A stretch of DNA of 64,000 nucleotides, from positions 1,065,555 through 1,129,554 of the forward strand of contig NW_014577063.1 in assembly GCF_000485595.1 (NCBI RefSeq). Direction: 5' to 3'. Positions 37,524 through 51,608 of this stretch are shown one piece after another (the stretch's first letter is position 1; each line of letters begins with the position of its first letter). The notes under the pieces were generated by a model. That model was not told the DNA's origin and made no database searches. It was given only the letters and a program-made list of their open reading frames with translations. This DNA comes from Priapulus caudatus (lineage: Eukaryota). The translations under genes and the position numbers were made by a program.

Positions 37524-38202
37524 NNNNNNNNNNNNNNNNNNNNNNNNNNNNNNNNNNNNNNNNNNNNNNNNNNNNNNNNNNNNNNNNNNNNNNNNNNNNN
37601 NNNNNNNNNNNNNNNNNNNNNNNNNNNNNNNNNNNNNNNNNNNNNNNNNNNNNNNNNNNNNNNNNNNNNNNNNNNNNNNNNNNNNNNNNNNNNNNNNNNN
37701 NNNNNNNNNNNNNNNNNNNNNNNNNNNNNNNNNNNNNNNNNNNNNNNNNNNNNNNNNNNNNNNNNNNNNNNNNNNNNNNNNNNNNNNNNNNNNNNNNNNN
37801 NNNNNNNNNNNNNNNNNNNNNNNNNNNNNNNNNNNNNNNNNNNNNNNNNNNNNNNNNNNNNNNNNNNNNNNNNNNNNNNNNNNNNNNNNNNNNNNNNNNN
37901 NNNNNNNNNNNNNNNNNNNNNNNNNNNNNNNNNNNNNNNNNNNNNNNNNNNNNNNNNNNNNNNNNNNNNNNNNNNNNNNNNNNNNNNNNNNNNNNNNNNN
38001 NNNNNNNNNNNNNNNNNNNNNNNNNNNNNNNNNNNNNNNNNNNNNNNNNNNNNNNNNNNNNNNNNNNNNNNNNNNNNNNNNNNNNNNNNNNNNNNNNNNN
38101 NNNNNNNNNNNNNNNNNNNNNNNNNNNNNNNNNNNNNNNNNNNNNNNNNNNNNNNNNNNNNNNNNNNNNNNNNNNNNNNNNNNNNNNNNNNNNNNNNNNN
38201 NN
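37524..38202. other. Assembly gap (N run) between (TA)n tracts; 10-N gaps also at 8267-8276 and 49499-49508
   Basis: N characters in the sequence. Confidence 1.
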
Positions 38203-38250
<48 letters not shown>

Positions 38251-39537
38251 ATGTATTGGCATATTTGGCATTCCGTTGTTTAGAGCGCGTATGGCGTGTG
38301 TTGATGTTCAATCTAGAAATCTAGAAAGTTCCTCTTGTCCGCACGTCTCAGCTGTTCTGGAAGTATGTTCTTTCTGGAACGTATAGAGTTCGAGCAATCA
38401 TAAATCGCCTTGCAATCCGAGTTTTGATCTGTCGATTAATTCATTCGACGTGATGTAATTGGATATTTAAACAAAGCTACTCCGCAAAGATTACGCCGAA
38501 TCCAATCACCTGCTATGCACGCGCGCGCGCGAGTGTGTGTGTGCATGCGTGTGATTAAGGTAACAGATTTAGGCATTGATAGTGAAAAGGTAACGCATTA
38601 CATCTGATAAAACATGATAGGCTTATGGCATCAAATGGAAAAAAGTTATATATCTATATATATCTATATATATATATATATTATATAATGATTTATCGCT
38701 CAATCTACAAGAAGCAATTTTATGTGGATGGAGAAATGAAGTACACTGCTCATTTAACTGTTAACGTGCCCACAAATATGCAATGTCATTTTACTCATTA
38801 TTTAGATGAGAATAATGAAAATCTCCAGTCGCAAATCGTCAAGTAACAATAATATTAACCACCTACCTCCATATCAATGAGCATGACTGGATGCGGACAG
38901 CCAAAATAAGCAATTAGGCTCATTATAGACATTTATTGAGTGTGGCGTTGATGCTGTGTTACCACGGCAACGTGATCTATGGACGTAGCGAAACACATAT
39001 ACACACGAACGAGCGCACACGTGCGCATACAAACGCACACACGCCCACGCACGCACGCACAAGACACGCGCGCACAATCTCAGAGGGTGGGATGCAATCG
39101 CAATATATTTGGAAGTGCGCGCGCGTGTCAATCACATAACTTGCTATATTAGTTAAATATCAGGTCTGATCTTTGCAGGATATATTATTTAACGTGATTT
39201 TTTCCTTTCTTTTAAGCATTTCCAATTCTGATTGTATAGTTATATAACTTTACGGCGTTTATTTTATGTTGAAACTATAATATAATGGCGCACAAGAAAA
39301 TTCCATATAGGCTCTCGTAACACAACTCAATTACTTATAATTTAGATGCGAATACAATTTCATTTCAATTGCTCAACCAAACGTTAATACTTAACGCGCT
39401 ATGTTTCGTGAATTTATTTCTATTTCGTATATTTTTACGATATCGTATGAAAGCATTACGTAATCGTTTAATATGAGTTGCTAATTAAATTTGAATAATT
39501 AATTAATATAATTTAATTGAGTCATCATTCGTTGCAG

Positions 39538-39671
39538 ATAATAGCTTTCTTTTGGCGAATGCACAAATCGTCGACTATCCAATCGTCTTCTGCAATGAAG
39601 GATTCAACAAACTCAGCGGATACACCCGGGCCGAGGTTATGCAGAAGGGATGCACGTGTTCTTTCATGCAG
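39538..39671 (+). CDS. eag: eag exon 2 (PAS): (H)[44 protein letters not shown]
   Basis: ttgcag| acceptor and CAG|gtac donor. Phase 1 in, 0 out, compatible with the flanking exons. Contains the eag PAS motif [15 protein letters not shown]. Confidence 0.95.
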
Positions 39672-40467
39672 GTACATGCGTGCAAAACCGCTGCGCTGTT
39701 ATATTCCCTGAGCTGAAAAAAAACGTATAATTGGCGCATGCCATGTCACGCACCAGAAACCGATGTAGCCCTTTAATAAGCCGTGATGCCCGCTGAGCGG
39801 TGCTGTCACCTAGCGTAAATATTGTTTTTCGCCACTGACGACCGCTCCGATGTGCGACAAAAGGTTTGTGCCATCTCACACAGGGAGAGTACGTCGCATC
39901 CGGTAAAACGTGGTAATAGTAAAAATATCAAGAATGCGATAAAGAACCTGCGCTATTACCACGAGATCCCTTGACGAAGCCCATATAATAATGCCCCCGA
40001 AAAATGTCACTGCGATTCGTTTACTTGCCGAGGGCCCGTACATTGTCCTGTAGCTTCTAGACCATATCTCTCTGGATCGTGATTATGCTTAAGAAAAACT
40101 AACCGGAGCAAAATTGATCAAATGTTTAAGTCAACCTTTGGGTTTATGTTTATTGGGTTACGCATAACAGACCATAGATAAACCAAGACAAGTAAATTAC
40201 TTTCAGCGTGTCATAGTTCTATACCCTAAGACAATTTACTCCTGATTTTTCACTAATAAAACCCATTATATATAGATCAGTTGTTATATATCGACCTAGC
40301 CTTCAATACGAAAGAATTCACTTTCTCACTCCATGTTTACTGTGTCTGACTTAATGGCTAATCGGTGAATCATTTTAAGCATTGCCCCTTCCAAACTATA
40401 GCTGAACTAATCGGTCTTATCACAACTGCCCAAAAGTAAATTAATGTCATTTATATATAAATATTAA

Positions 40468-40836
40468 AGGGACTACGTCACGAATTTTCTATGGTAAAAT
40501 TTGTAAAAAAAAAATTGCCATTTTTTTACATTAAAAGTAAGAACTAACGTTACTAAATAAATCCTCAAACTCTCACCTGATAAAAATGTTTTTACGTTGG
40601 TTAAATTTGCAAAAATCTAGACGATTTGGTAATTTCTGTTGTCTAACACTATTCCCCCAGTACTGTTCAGATACTGGCGTCTCTCTGTTTTTTTACCGGC
40701 AAATTAGGGCATATAAAGAAGGTATAAGCATAAAAAGTAAACAGAAACACTAATTGTATTTTCATACATTTTATTTTGTACAAATAACACACAAATGTAC
40801 TACTTGATGGTGCTAGAAATTCGTGACGTAATCACT
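40468..40836. mobile_element. Non-autonomous DNA transposon, Kolobok-like (369 bp)
   Basis: TTAA on both flanks and AG...CT termini. Imperfect TIRs agggactacgtcacgaattttcta / tagaaattcgtgacgtaatcact. Confidence 0.7.
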
Positions 40837-40984
40837 TTAAATATTACAATAGCTTAACATGTCCTTAAACGATTGATATCCTTTTCGTCCTCTCGTCCGC
40901 TATTTCCAGCCCATTTTGTTCCCTCTCACCTATTTCTCTTCCATCTCTCTCTCCCAGCACCTCTCTAACTTTTTTCGACATGTA

Positions 40985-41258
40985 TCTCTCTCTCTCTCTC
41001 TCTCTCTCTCTCGCGCGCTCTCTCTCTCTCTCTCTCTCGCTCTCTCTCTCGCTCTTGCTCTCTCTCTCTCTCTCTCTCGCTCTTGCTCTTGCTCTTGCTC
41101 TCTCTCTCTCTTGCTCTTGCTCTCTCTCTTTCTCGCTCTTGCTCTCCCACTCTCTCTCTCGCTCTTGCTCTCTCTCTCTCTCTTTCTCGCTCTTGCTTTC
41201 TCTCTCGCTATTGCTCTCTCTCTCTCGCGCTCGTGCTCTCTCTCTCTCTCGCGCTCGT

Positions 41259-41317
<59 letters not shown>

Positions 41318-41328
41318 CTTGCTCTCTT
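40985..41328. repeat. (CT)n/(GCTCTT)n tract upstream of the exon 3 acceptor
   Basis: Seen directly. Confidence 0.9.
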
Positions 41329-41381
41329 CTCAATTACTCTCGTGTTCGCTTTCTTGTCTTATTATATTCGTTCATTTATAG

Positions 41382-41478
41382 GGAGAGCTGACGGATAAAG
41401 AAGCTATAACAACGCTCAGCCGATGTTTGGACAGCCATCACCAGGATCATATTGAAATACTACTCTATAAGAAAAACA
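41382..41478 (+). CDS. eag: eag exon 3 (PAS): GELTDKEAITTLSRCLDSHHQDHIEILLYKKN
   Basis: ttatag| acceptor after a (CT)n tract and A|gtaagc donor. GELTD...EILLYKKN motif. Phase 0 in, 1 out. Confidence 0.93.
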
Positions 41479-42227
41479 GTAAGCATATACTAACTGATAA
41501 AAATCAACGGCCTAACATTCATGTAGGTATTTTTACGTTTTTTTTCAACACCCATTACTGTAAGGAAATTGATATAAAAGAAGTATCGCTCACGTCGTCT
41601 AACCATGAATTTTATTGACTCGCTAAGATTTTACGATGTTCACATGTTTGTTCACGTGATGCATATCGTATCATAGCTATTTTGCGTAACATATCGAAAC
41701 AACAACCATATCTCTTTTGGGTCATTCATTATTTAAACTGCAAGAGAGAGAGAAAATATATATGGAGGGATTTTGTAATTAGGAAAACAAGTTAAATACA
41801 TGCGCGTATTGCGTTTGCCTGATGTAATTGTAGTTGATATTATAGGAAGACGGTTGTGTAACTTTTGATTGTAACACACCAATGACACGTGTAAACTATA
41901 TTTAATAATATATTTAGAAATATTTGCTAGCCTAGTCTCTAAGCTTTATTACAGCGTTTTGGGACGATAACAGCCATATTATATTGAAGCTAGAGCTAGT
42001 GTCACCTTAATTTTAAAAGATGATATGGTACATATTACACCTATTTGTACTTAACCTTATATGTTTGACACGTACAGTGACAACGCTACATTGAATGTAA
42101 CTGCAATTTGTCCCGGCGCCCACACATCGATGCACGCACGCACGATACTCCATTCTATTACTACATATGCTATATGCATACCATTTTAGTAAACGTTACT
42201 TTATCCCAGTTCTACACACTCATATAT

Positions 42228-42985
<758 letters not shown>

Positions 42986-44306
42986 TTGCTATATATATTC
43001 GCTGCTAATTTTCTTGCTAGCTCATCAAATTCTAGCTCTCACAAGCTCTCAACCAACTCAACCTTTCATCGAAGCTCTCAACTCTCACTAGCTTCCCCTA
43101 TATATGCGCGGCTTGCAATTTACGCCGGTGGGAATCGGCGATGTCAGATCGTCTTCTGCATGTCTTCGGAATATGTTTCTACAAAAGTCTCTCTCCTGTG
43201 AGCATATGGTGTTATAAATTATTATGAAGTCAGCCATCCTTGTGAGGCTAGCGGCATCGTTAACGAATCAATATGCGTCCTTTGTCTGAAGCAACTATCC
43301 ATTTTGTGAATATCACTACACGCTATAGTCCAATCTTTTAATATCGCCGCTGCCAAATTTCTGTTAAGTGTTTTACTGCAGACTTTCGTCTATCCCAAAA
43401 TCTGCTATATAACCGAATGCAGTAATTAAACATCTTTCAACAGATAAATTAGAGGCGAAACAGGAAATTTCGATGTTGTTTTCATCTAATTTTTTACACG
43501 GTGTAAGCTATTTGAGGCGTGATACCGTACCGGCAAATTTATAATTTCGAGGACACGCATGCGATAAGTGCACTGCTCGTCAAAAATAATCAATTTGCCA
43601 GGCGCCGCTAACCTATGCTATTATGATTACCTTACCGTGTACACAGAAATAGTAATGTACTCATTAAACAAAGGTAAGCTAGATTCCCAAAAACTGTCTA
43701 CGTGTAAATATTTGTATGGTGTATTATTTTCCGTCGCCATTAGCGAGTAATATGACCACCATGGCCACGATTTAGACATTCGGCTAATTCTATTGAAACT
43801 ACACGTCAGGTCGACTCAGCAGCACACAGACAGAAATCCATGCGAACGATGCCCTAATGTTTTTTTACACGGGCTAAGACACGCGCGGCCGGGATTTTGT
43901 GGCTATTTTCTCAGTAAACCCGCAATTCTAGCAGATCAATATTCTGTCGATTCGGTGAGATGGCAGCATGCAATAGAGCTCCTGGTAAACAGTTACGTAG
44001 TCATGGCAACGGGCAGGTGCGGTGATCAGAGATGAGAAACAGGTAGCGATGCGCAATCTGATGAATTCAAGCTGGAAAATTCGATGACACGCAAGAATAT
44101 GGCGTACGTACAACAACATTTAGCAATTATACAAGCTCATACTTGTTATGAGCAACTATCTTTGAATATTACGCACGTGATAATAATACTCGGTGTTTCA
44201 CGCAATATTTAAACTGGTTATACTGGCTTTTTTGTCGAAACGCAGTTTCTATGATTTAAATTTTCAGATTAAAACTTCTATAAAAACTTCACATAATTAC
44301 ATGATA

Positions 44307-44346
<40 letters not shown>

Positions 44347-44817
44347 TCATTATAGAGGATGTGTGTTATGATGTTGCTGTCACGTTTGTTAAAATTACTG
44401 TAATCGTTAAAATCTAAGTAGTTTTCACGATGTCATAAACAACGTCAACCAAATTTAGCCGGTAATAAAAAGCCATATTTGTTAGAATAACACATAGTTA
44501 TTAAATTTCGCTGTCATACCTTATATATCGTATCGTGTATCATATCGTATCGTATAGCATCGCATCGTATCGTATCGTATCGTATCTTATCATATCATAT
44601 CATACCATTTTATTTAATTTCATGTCATATCAAGTTATGTCATATCGTGTCGTGTCGTGGCGTGTCGTGTCGTGTCGTGTCGTGTGTTTTTACTCGATGT
44701 GTTTGTAATATCCTAAAGCTAGTCGCGAGCACCTCGCGGCGGTTTGTTATTCCACTCACGCGTCTAAATTACGCAGCGCGGCGTTAATCAAGTAGAATAA
44801 AATCGCATCTGAGAGAG

Positions 44818-44877
<60 letters not shown>

Positions 44878-44998
44878 GAGAGAGAGAGAGAGCGGCGTAG
44901 AACAGGGAGAAAATAACTTCTATGTAAGAACACCACACACAAGCGCGTGCGCGTATGCATGCACACACGCACGTACTAACACACTCACATAAACAGTG

Positions 44999-45066
<68 letters not shown>

Positions 45067-45564
45067 AGAGAGAGCGGGGGGATATGACTGCGTAGAACAG
45101 GGAGAAAATAACTTCTATGTAAGGATGCAATTTTTTGCTCTTTAGCAACGTCATACGTGATCGAACCACATATGTCTTTACCACATTTTCCGACTTCAAA
45201 AAAATCGCCGACAACTCGACATTCGCATTACGCCCGTTAAAAAAAATATTTTACTCTAATTGCATCGGCTTTTCTAATCATCTAATTTCTTTTCATTTCC
45301 TCAGTACTCAAATCAAGAAAATAGTCATTAGCTTTAAATATATTTTTTAGATCAAAATCCCTCCGGTGATATTATTGTCAATCGGAAACTAAACACGCGT
45401 ATTGTCAAAAAATGTATCGCTTACGGCAGTAGCAAATCATTTGTTGGCATTACGAGTGAATGTGATGAAAGTAGGACGACGAAAAGTCAGTATCATTCTC
45501 CAAAGTGCTTTTCTCAGTGTGTCGCGTGCTGTCGTGCCTATAGAGTGTCGTTAATATGTTCCAG

Positions 45565-45699
45565 AAACTCCGCTATGGCTTCTGTTTCACGTGGCGCCAA
45601 TAAAGAACGAGAGAGACAAGGTTGTCCTGTTCCTCTGCACCTTCAAGGACATCACTTCACTCAAACAACCGATCGAGGCCGACACGACGAAAACTGTCG
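45565..45699 (+). CDS. eag: eag exon 4 (PAC): (K)[44 protein letters not shown]
   Basis: ttccag| acceptor and G|gtaagc donor. APIKNE.D.VVLFL.TF.DIT motif. Phase 1-1. Confidence 0.95.
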
Positions 45700-45844
45700 G
45701 TAAGCGTCATTGGTTCTGCATTGATCGCCAAGAAAGTGTAATTCATAAGTGTAAATAAAGTAAATTGAATTGAATTGAATTGAATTGAATTAAGGAAGCA
45801 GACGCGGTCGGAATACAATTAGTCACAGTGGTCACTGTGAACAG

Positions 45845-46038
45845 GGGCTCGTTGTGAGAAAAAAACTAAACAAAATTACTCTTAACATTAGTCTTAGCAT
45901 TAATCTTTTTCCATAAACATGGTGAAGGTATGGTAAGTTACGGTAAGTTTCTCATACGCAGTGTTTAGCGGTCCGGTTTATGGAAAAGATCAATGTTAAA
46001 ACTAATGTTAAGACCAATTTTATTTCTAAAAACGGGGC
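45845..46038. mobile_element. Diverged relative of the 34526 Harbinger-type MITE
   Basis: Begins cag|gggctcgttgtgagaaa and shares ttaacattagtctta / ctaatgttaagaccaatttt motifs. The right terminus is degraded. Confidence 0.6.
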
Positions 46039-47201
46039 GTACGATGGTTTCAAGTGACCATGAATGTTGGAAAATGGAAAATCTCCATTCTGGTGTGGCA
46101 TATGAAATTGTATAGGTCAAGAGCAAGAATGCTAATAAGTTTTCTTTTAATTTTCGAAAAAAAAGAAATAGGCGTGAGAGATATAAATTAACAACACATA
46201 AATAGATATTAGACTAAGTCAATTCAAGTGCAAAGAAAACAATACTTTTATGTGGGAACAATTGGGTCCGAAATTGATTTTAGTCCAGATTTAAAGTGAA
46301 GCACAAAGGATACGTTACTTAACAGGTTCCGGGGCCTACGATAGAATATTACACAGAGCCTACGACCCCTTTAATTCGACCGTAGATGCAAACTGATGAA
46401 TGTCATATATCTTCTGAAGCATGTGCTTTCGAGGAATTTCGCTCTACGGTTTCTACGTGATTTACGCTTCTCGTTTGATTGGTCACACTTCCTGATGACG
46501 GACGCGTCCGCTTCCATCCTGTGCCGCCCGTCTTCAAAGGCCATTCATGCCGGGTGTATTTATCTCATCACGAGCTTTATATCACCGGGTGTCGTAGGCC
46601 TGCCAATCTCTCATTACGCTAGCGTATACCTGGCGCGTTTTTCATTATTCCTCATTAATTTGCGGCCGCTGGGCATTATCTTCCCGTCATATGACCTGTT
46701 CTGCTTTATTAACGTTGCCCTTAATTTCGGTGATTTGTATTTCGTTCCATATCAACGCTGTATTTACGTGACAAAATGAGCGTTCATGAATGCAGGGCAT
46801 CTGATATATGGCTTCGCCTAATCATCATGTTGAGTCGTAACAATGATCACAACGCGCGCAGAACTGCAGCATCAACGTTCTAGTAATTGTTATTTACGGG
46901 CTACATGTCGTAAGAATAATTATGTAGTTATATACATTTTTTACATGTTATTCTTTCGACATGATTAGTTACACGTACCTTTTACTTTTGTGTCCACAAT
47001 ACAAAATCCTCTCTCTCTCTCTCTGCTCATTAAGTTTACATATTTTGTCAGCGGGTTGCTTTTTTGTGCACTATATAGAGACTGATGTTGATAACAATTT
47101 TTTGGCAAGGCCATGGGGTATGTTCCTTTGATCTTTCGTGAAAAGCTCCGATTTCAACGCGATCCATTGCGTTTTCCAAAACACGAATTTTCTTTTCAAA
47201 G

Positions 47202-47323
47202 TTGGGTTGAGCAAGTTTGCACGACTAGCAAGGACAGTGACCCGCAGCAAGTCAGCATTGACCCCGAATCTGCAAAAACCTATGGTCAGCCGATCGGAGT
47301 CCAAACACACTGGCATCTCCCTC
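47202..47323 (+). CDS. eag: eag exon 5 (post-PAS linker): (V)GLSKFARLARTVTRSKSALTPNLQKPMVSRSESKHTGISL
   Basis: GLSKFA.LAR.VTRS is the eag-specific linker motif. ttttcaaag| acceptor and CTC|gtaagt donor. Phase 1 in, 0 out. Confidence 0.9.
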
Positions 47324-48102
47324 GTAAGTTACCCACAGAATAACACATTTCTTATACTAGTACTTACTATGCTAGTATATTACTTATATTACTATAATAA
47401 CTTACTTACACTAACATATATTTAACTTATATTATTACTTACACTAATTTATTATTAAGTAGTATAGTACTTACTATACTGGTCTATTACTTATATTCGT
47501 ATATGACTTACACTAGTTTATTATAATGTAGTATAGTACTTGTTATACTAGTATACCTACTAGTACATACGTAGCATTCTGTTGTTACTAACGGCAATAA
47601 GGGGAGAAAAACATGGCGTGATATACCGCGCCATCTCGCTGCATTCGTGTAGCTGCCTGTCATGACATTATTTTGTTTCGTTTCGTTTTGTTTTTTTGGA
47701 CAGTGTTTTGTTTTGTTGAATCATTTATCGTTATGATGTACACAATGTCGAATGGCAAGCCTGATACGTCCTTTTAGATTAGGGTCGTGGTGTCATGCAA
47801 TGTTTGCTAATGGATATTCTGTCAACTCGCACGCAATGTACGTTTTATGTGAAGCTAGAGATGAGAAATATCGAAATATAGTTTACAGAACGCCATTCAC
47901 GAGCGCTAGACACTGGCAAGTTTTATTTACATGCAAAGTAATTGGTAGCTGTTAGTACAATCACGCGATGTTGTATACAATTTACTCCACGGAAAACATT
48001 CCTTTTGTTAGTTTCCAGTTGTTTTGCGCCACTGACTTCTCCTCCTCATCACCCCACCCTAAGAACAGATGACCGATCGTAGTCTGTAGCAGCAGCCGAT
48101 GT

Positions 48103-48656
48103 TAATGTTCGAACTGTCATTCGAAAAGCTTAAAAATGTTTGAACCGCAATGTTCGCACTCTCATTCGAAAATCTGAATAATGTTCGAACCGCAATGTTC
48201 GCACTCTCACTCGAAAAGTTGAATAATGTTTGAACCGCAATATTCGCACTGTCATTCGAAAATCTGAATAATGTTCGAACCGCAATGTTTGAACTCTCAT
48301 TCGGAAAGTTGAATAATATTCGAACCGCAATGTTTGAACTCTCATTCGAAAAGCTGGATAATGTTCGAACCGCAATGTTCGAACTCTCATTCGAAAAGCT
48401 GAATAATATTCGAACCGCAATGTTCGAACTGTCATTCAAAAAGTTGAATAATATTCGAACCGCAATGTTTGAACTGTCATTCGAAAAGTTGAATAATATT
48501 CGAACCGCAATGTTTGAACTCTCGTTCGAAAAGCTGAATAATGTTCGAACCGCAATGTTCGAACTCTCATTCGAAAAGCTGAATAATGTTCGAACTGCAA
48601 TGTTCGAACTCTCATTTGAAAAGTTGAATAATGTTCGAACTGCAATGTTCGAACCC
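48103..48656. repeat. 45-bp minisatellite (aatgttcgaactctcattcgaaaagctgaataatgttcgaaccgc), ~12 copies, abutting the exon 6 acceptor
   Basis: Tandem units seen directly. They translate as [11 protein letters not shown](I/V)RTA repeats in the ORF track. Confidence 0.93.
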
Positions 48657-48671
48657 TCTTTTCTTCCGCAG

Positions 48672-49067
48672 ACACTGAATCTCAATCCGGAAATGTTGCC
48701 GGCATATCGGCAAGAAACGCCAAAGACACCGCCGCACATCATTCTGCACTATTCGACGTTCAAGGCGATCTGGGACTGGGTGATTCTTATACTGACCTTC
48801 TACACTGCTATCATGGTGCCATATAACGTAGCATTTAGCACGAAGAGCATGGACACGGTTGGCCTGTTGGTCATAGACACGATAGTCGACGTGATCTTCT
48901 TCATCGACATCGTGTTGAACTTTCACACGACCTTTGTCGGCCCCGGTGGCGAGGTGGTGTCGGATCCGAAAATCATTCGAATAAACTACGTGAAGAGTTG
49001 GTTCGTCATCGATCTGCTGTCGTGTCTTCCCTACGACGTGTTTAATGCCTTCGATCAAGTGGATGAC
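48672..49067 (+). CDS. eag: eag exon 6 (S1-S3): [27 protein letters not shown]...[23 protein letters not shown]
   Basis: ccgcag| acceptor and GAC|gtaagt donor. 396 nt, phase 0-0. Contains the [42 protein letters not shown] and DLLSCLPYD motifs. Confidence 0.97.
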
Positions 49068-50216
49068 GTAAGTTTTTCTGATATTATTTAATTTAACTAA
49101 TTATCTAGAAGTCGCATAACGTGTATATTATATAACCAAGAGTGTCATAATATAGTCTATTATATATTATAATCGATATCTATAATCTATAACCTATATA
49201 ATGACAATCCTGATTATATCGTATACGCGTTGTGCGGCTTCTAGCTTTGAAAGTAATCGGTCGATGCTGTATGATCGAGATTCGCACGTGCAGTTTTTCC
49301 TTTTGTATGTTATATACGCACACATACAAAACACACACGTGCGCGCACGAGCACACATACGCACACACGCCCACACACAAGCACACGCACGCACACACGC
49401 GCGCGCACACACACATACATACCCATACACACACGCGCGCACTACACACACGCATACACACGCGTACACACACACACACGCGTACACACACACACACGNN
49501 NNNNNNNNGGTAGGTAGGTAGGTAGGTAGGTAGGTAGGTAGGTAGGGAGGTAGACAGATAGGTAGGTATGTATGTAGATAGGTAGGTAGGTAGGTTGGTA
49601 GGTAGGTAGGTAATACGGCAGGCAGGCCAGGTCTCTCTCTCTCTCTCTCTACGTGCGTGTGCGTGTTCTTGTGTGCGCGTGTGTGCACAGTATGTGTGCG
49701 TGCGTGTGTGTGTGCGTGCGTTCGTGCATGCACGTGCGTGCGTGCATGTGTGTTGAATACGTCCATACCACAGATAACACTACTTGACACTATTCAACAC
49801 ACGAAGTGCTCCTGTATTTAGAATTTGCCCGAAATAAAGAGTGTCATGTGTAATAAGACATGACCCATTACTTCAGGCGCTCGGGTGTTACATATTATTT
49901 CCCAAGCCGGTGTGACGGCACGTAACGGTAATACGCCTTCCCATGCAATCACCGTCGAAATACGAAACCAGTCGTCTAGTATTATCGACAGTGGTCATCA
50001 ACGTGCCCCAGTCACATCTGCAACAGAAACACATCGGTGTGTTGCATACACACATCATGGCAGGGTATCCTTCGTGCGGATTGATGAAAAATCGAATGTA
50101 TGGCGATAATGTCGAAAGACTGGTGAAAATAACTACATACATGGCTAAATGATTAAATTACTAATACGTATAATGACTTAAAAAGACTTAAAATAAATAA
50201 ATAAATAATTAATTAA

Positions 50217-50271
<55 letters not shown>

Positions 50272-50442
50272 CAGCTAGAACGTGACGAGTACACGTTTAG
50301 AGACAAAAACATTAATAAAGTCGTGACTGAGCGACTGCTAGCCCGCTGCGGATGCTTTAGAAAGCCATGATTACTTCGCCACTGCGCCGCTGGCTACCAA
50401 TAGCAACTTACTTCATGTGGCGCTCTCTATGCATGCATGGGA

Positions 50443-50582
50443 AACGTTGGATGCTTTTTTTGTTGTAAGCTTGGCAACTTCCAAGCTTGAACTGTGTTAC
50501 TTGTCCTAGCTTGAACTAATTACCTAACATAGTTCAAGCTTAGAAATTGCCGAGCTCACAACAATAAAAAACATCAACCGTT
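50443..50582. mobile_element. Short foldback (MITE-like) element
   Basis: ~55-bp imperfect inverted arms: gttggatgc..aagcttgaactgtgtta / taacatagttcaagctt..acatcaac. Confidence 0.6.
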
Positions 50583-50691
50583 ATATATATATGCGCTATA
50601 CGATATTTCTCGATAATGGCGGTTGCAAATGGTTAGCCGTAAACTACACGCAAATGTTGTAGCGATAATTTTACTTTCGTATTTTCAAAAG

Positions 50692-50968
50692 GACATTGGG
50701 CGCCTCTTCAGTACCCTAAAGGTTGTTCGCCTTCTTCGACTCGGAAGAGTCGCTCGTAAACTCGACCACTACATGGAATACGGCGCTGCCATGCTGATCC
50801 TGCTAGTGTGCGTGTTTGGACTCGTCGGTCACTGGCTGGCGTGCATCTGGTACTACATAGGAGTCACCGACGCTGCCATCAACATCGAGTATAGCTGGCT
50901 GGTCCAGCTAGGACGAACGATCAATCGAGAGTATACGTTCACTAACGACACGCCGCCGATTCTGTCAG
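50692..50968 (+). CDS. eag: eag exon 7 (S4, S5, turret): [38 protein letters not shown]...HWLACIWY...TNDTPPILS
   Basis: S4 motif [15 protein letters not shown] and HWLACIWY. caaaag| acceptor. The 3' boundary is inferred from TCAG|gtaatc (phase 1) and loss of eag similarity beyond it. Confidence 0.93.
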
Positions 50969-51293
50969 GTAATCTAGTCCCCAGACGAGCGCGCCAAAGC
51001 CGTCCCTCAACCATCTACATCAGCATTGTCGTGATCTGCTTGTTCAACGTGCTCATCGAGCCGAGCTTTGATGCGGTGCGAGCGCGTGCGGCAATTACTG
51101 GCGGGTTTCCGCTTCATAAATGCACGTGCTAATTAAATCCGCAGTAATTCCCATGTCTGCGAGGCAAGTCAGTCGTGCGGGGACACGCGGGTATATATAT
51201 ATATATATATATATGCGGCGAGAGCTGTCGAATAGAAAGGTGCAAATCTGCGCTGATAATACACGCTACCATATACTAAATGTCAATTACTAA

Positions 51294-51608
51294 AGCCTAG
51301 CGCAGACCTGCGATTTTTGGGTTGCTCGTCGCTGCAACCTGCAACCGCAAGCGATCGGACGATGTGTCACCGCGTGTGCGCACACATGCGATTTCGAAGC
51401 AATTCTAGAGCAATCTTGGAGCGATTGGGAGCGACGAGTCGCTCAAAATGAAAGCAGTTTGATTTCTTGCAACTCGTCGCAAGCGACCAGAATCGCTACG
51501 GGTTGCAGTTGCACATTCCCGCAGACGTAGCGATTTCACAGCAATTTTTACAGCGATTCTAGAATCGCTGTCGAGTTGCATGAAAAAGTCGCAGGTCTGC
51601 GCTAGGCT
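51294..51608. mobile_element. PIF/Harbinger (Tourist-like) MITE (315 bp)
   Basis: Perfect TIRs agcctagcgcagacctgcga / tcgcaggtctgcgctaggct, flanked by TAA on both sides. Confidence 0.85.

Noticed and set aside
48103..48656. Heat-shock element array (many TTC/GAA)
   Set aside because: The motifs are mostly TTCGAA without the 2-nt spacing of canonical nTTCnnGAAn arrays.
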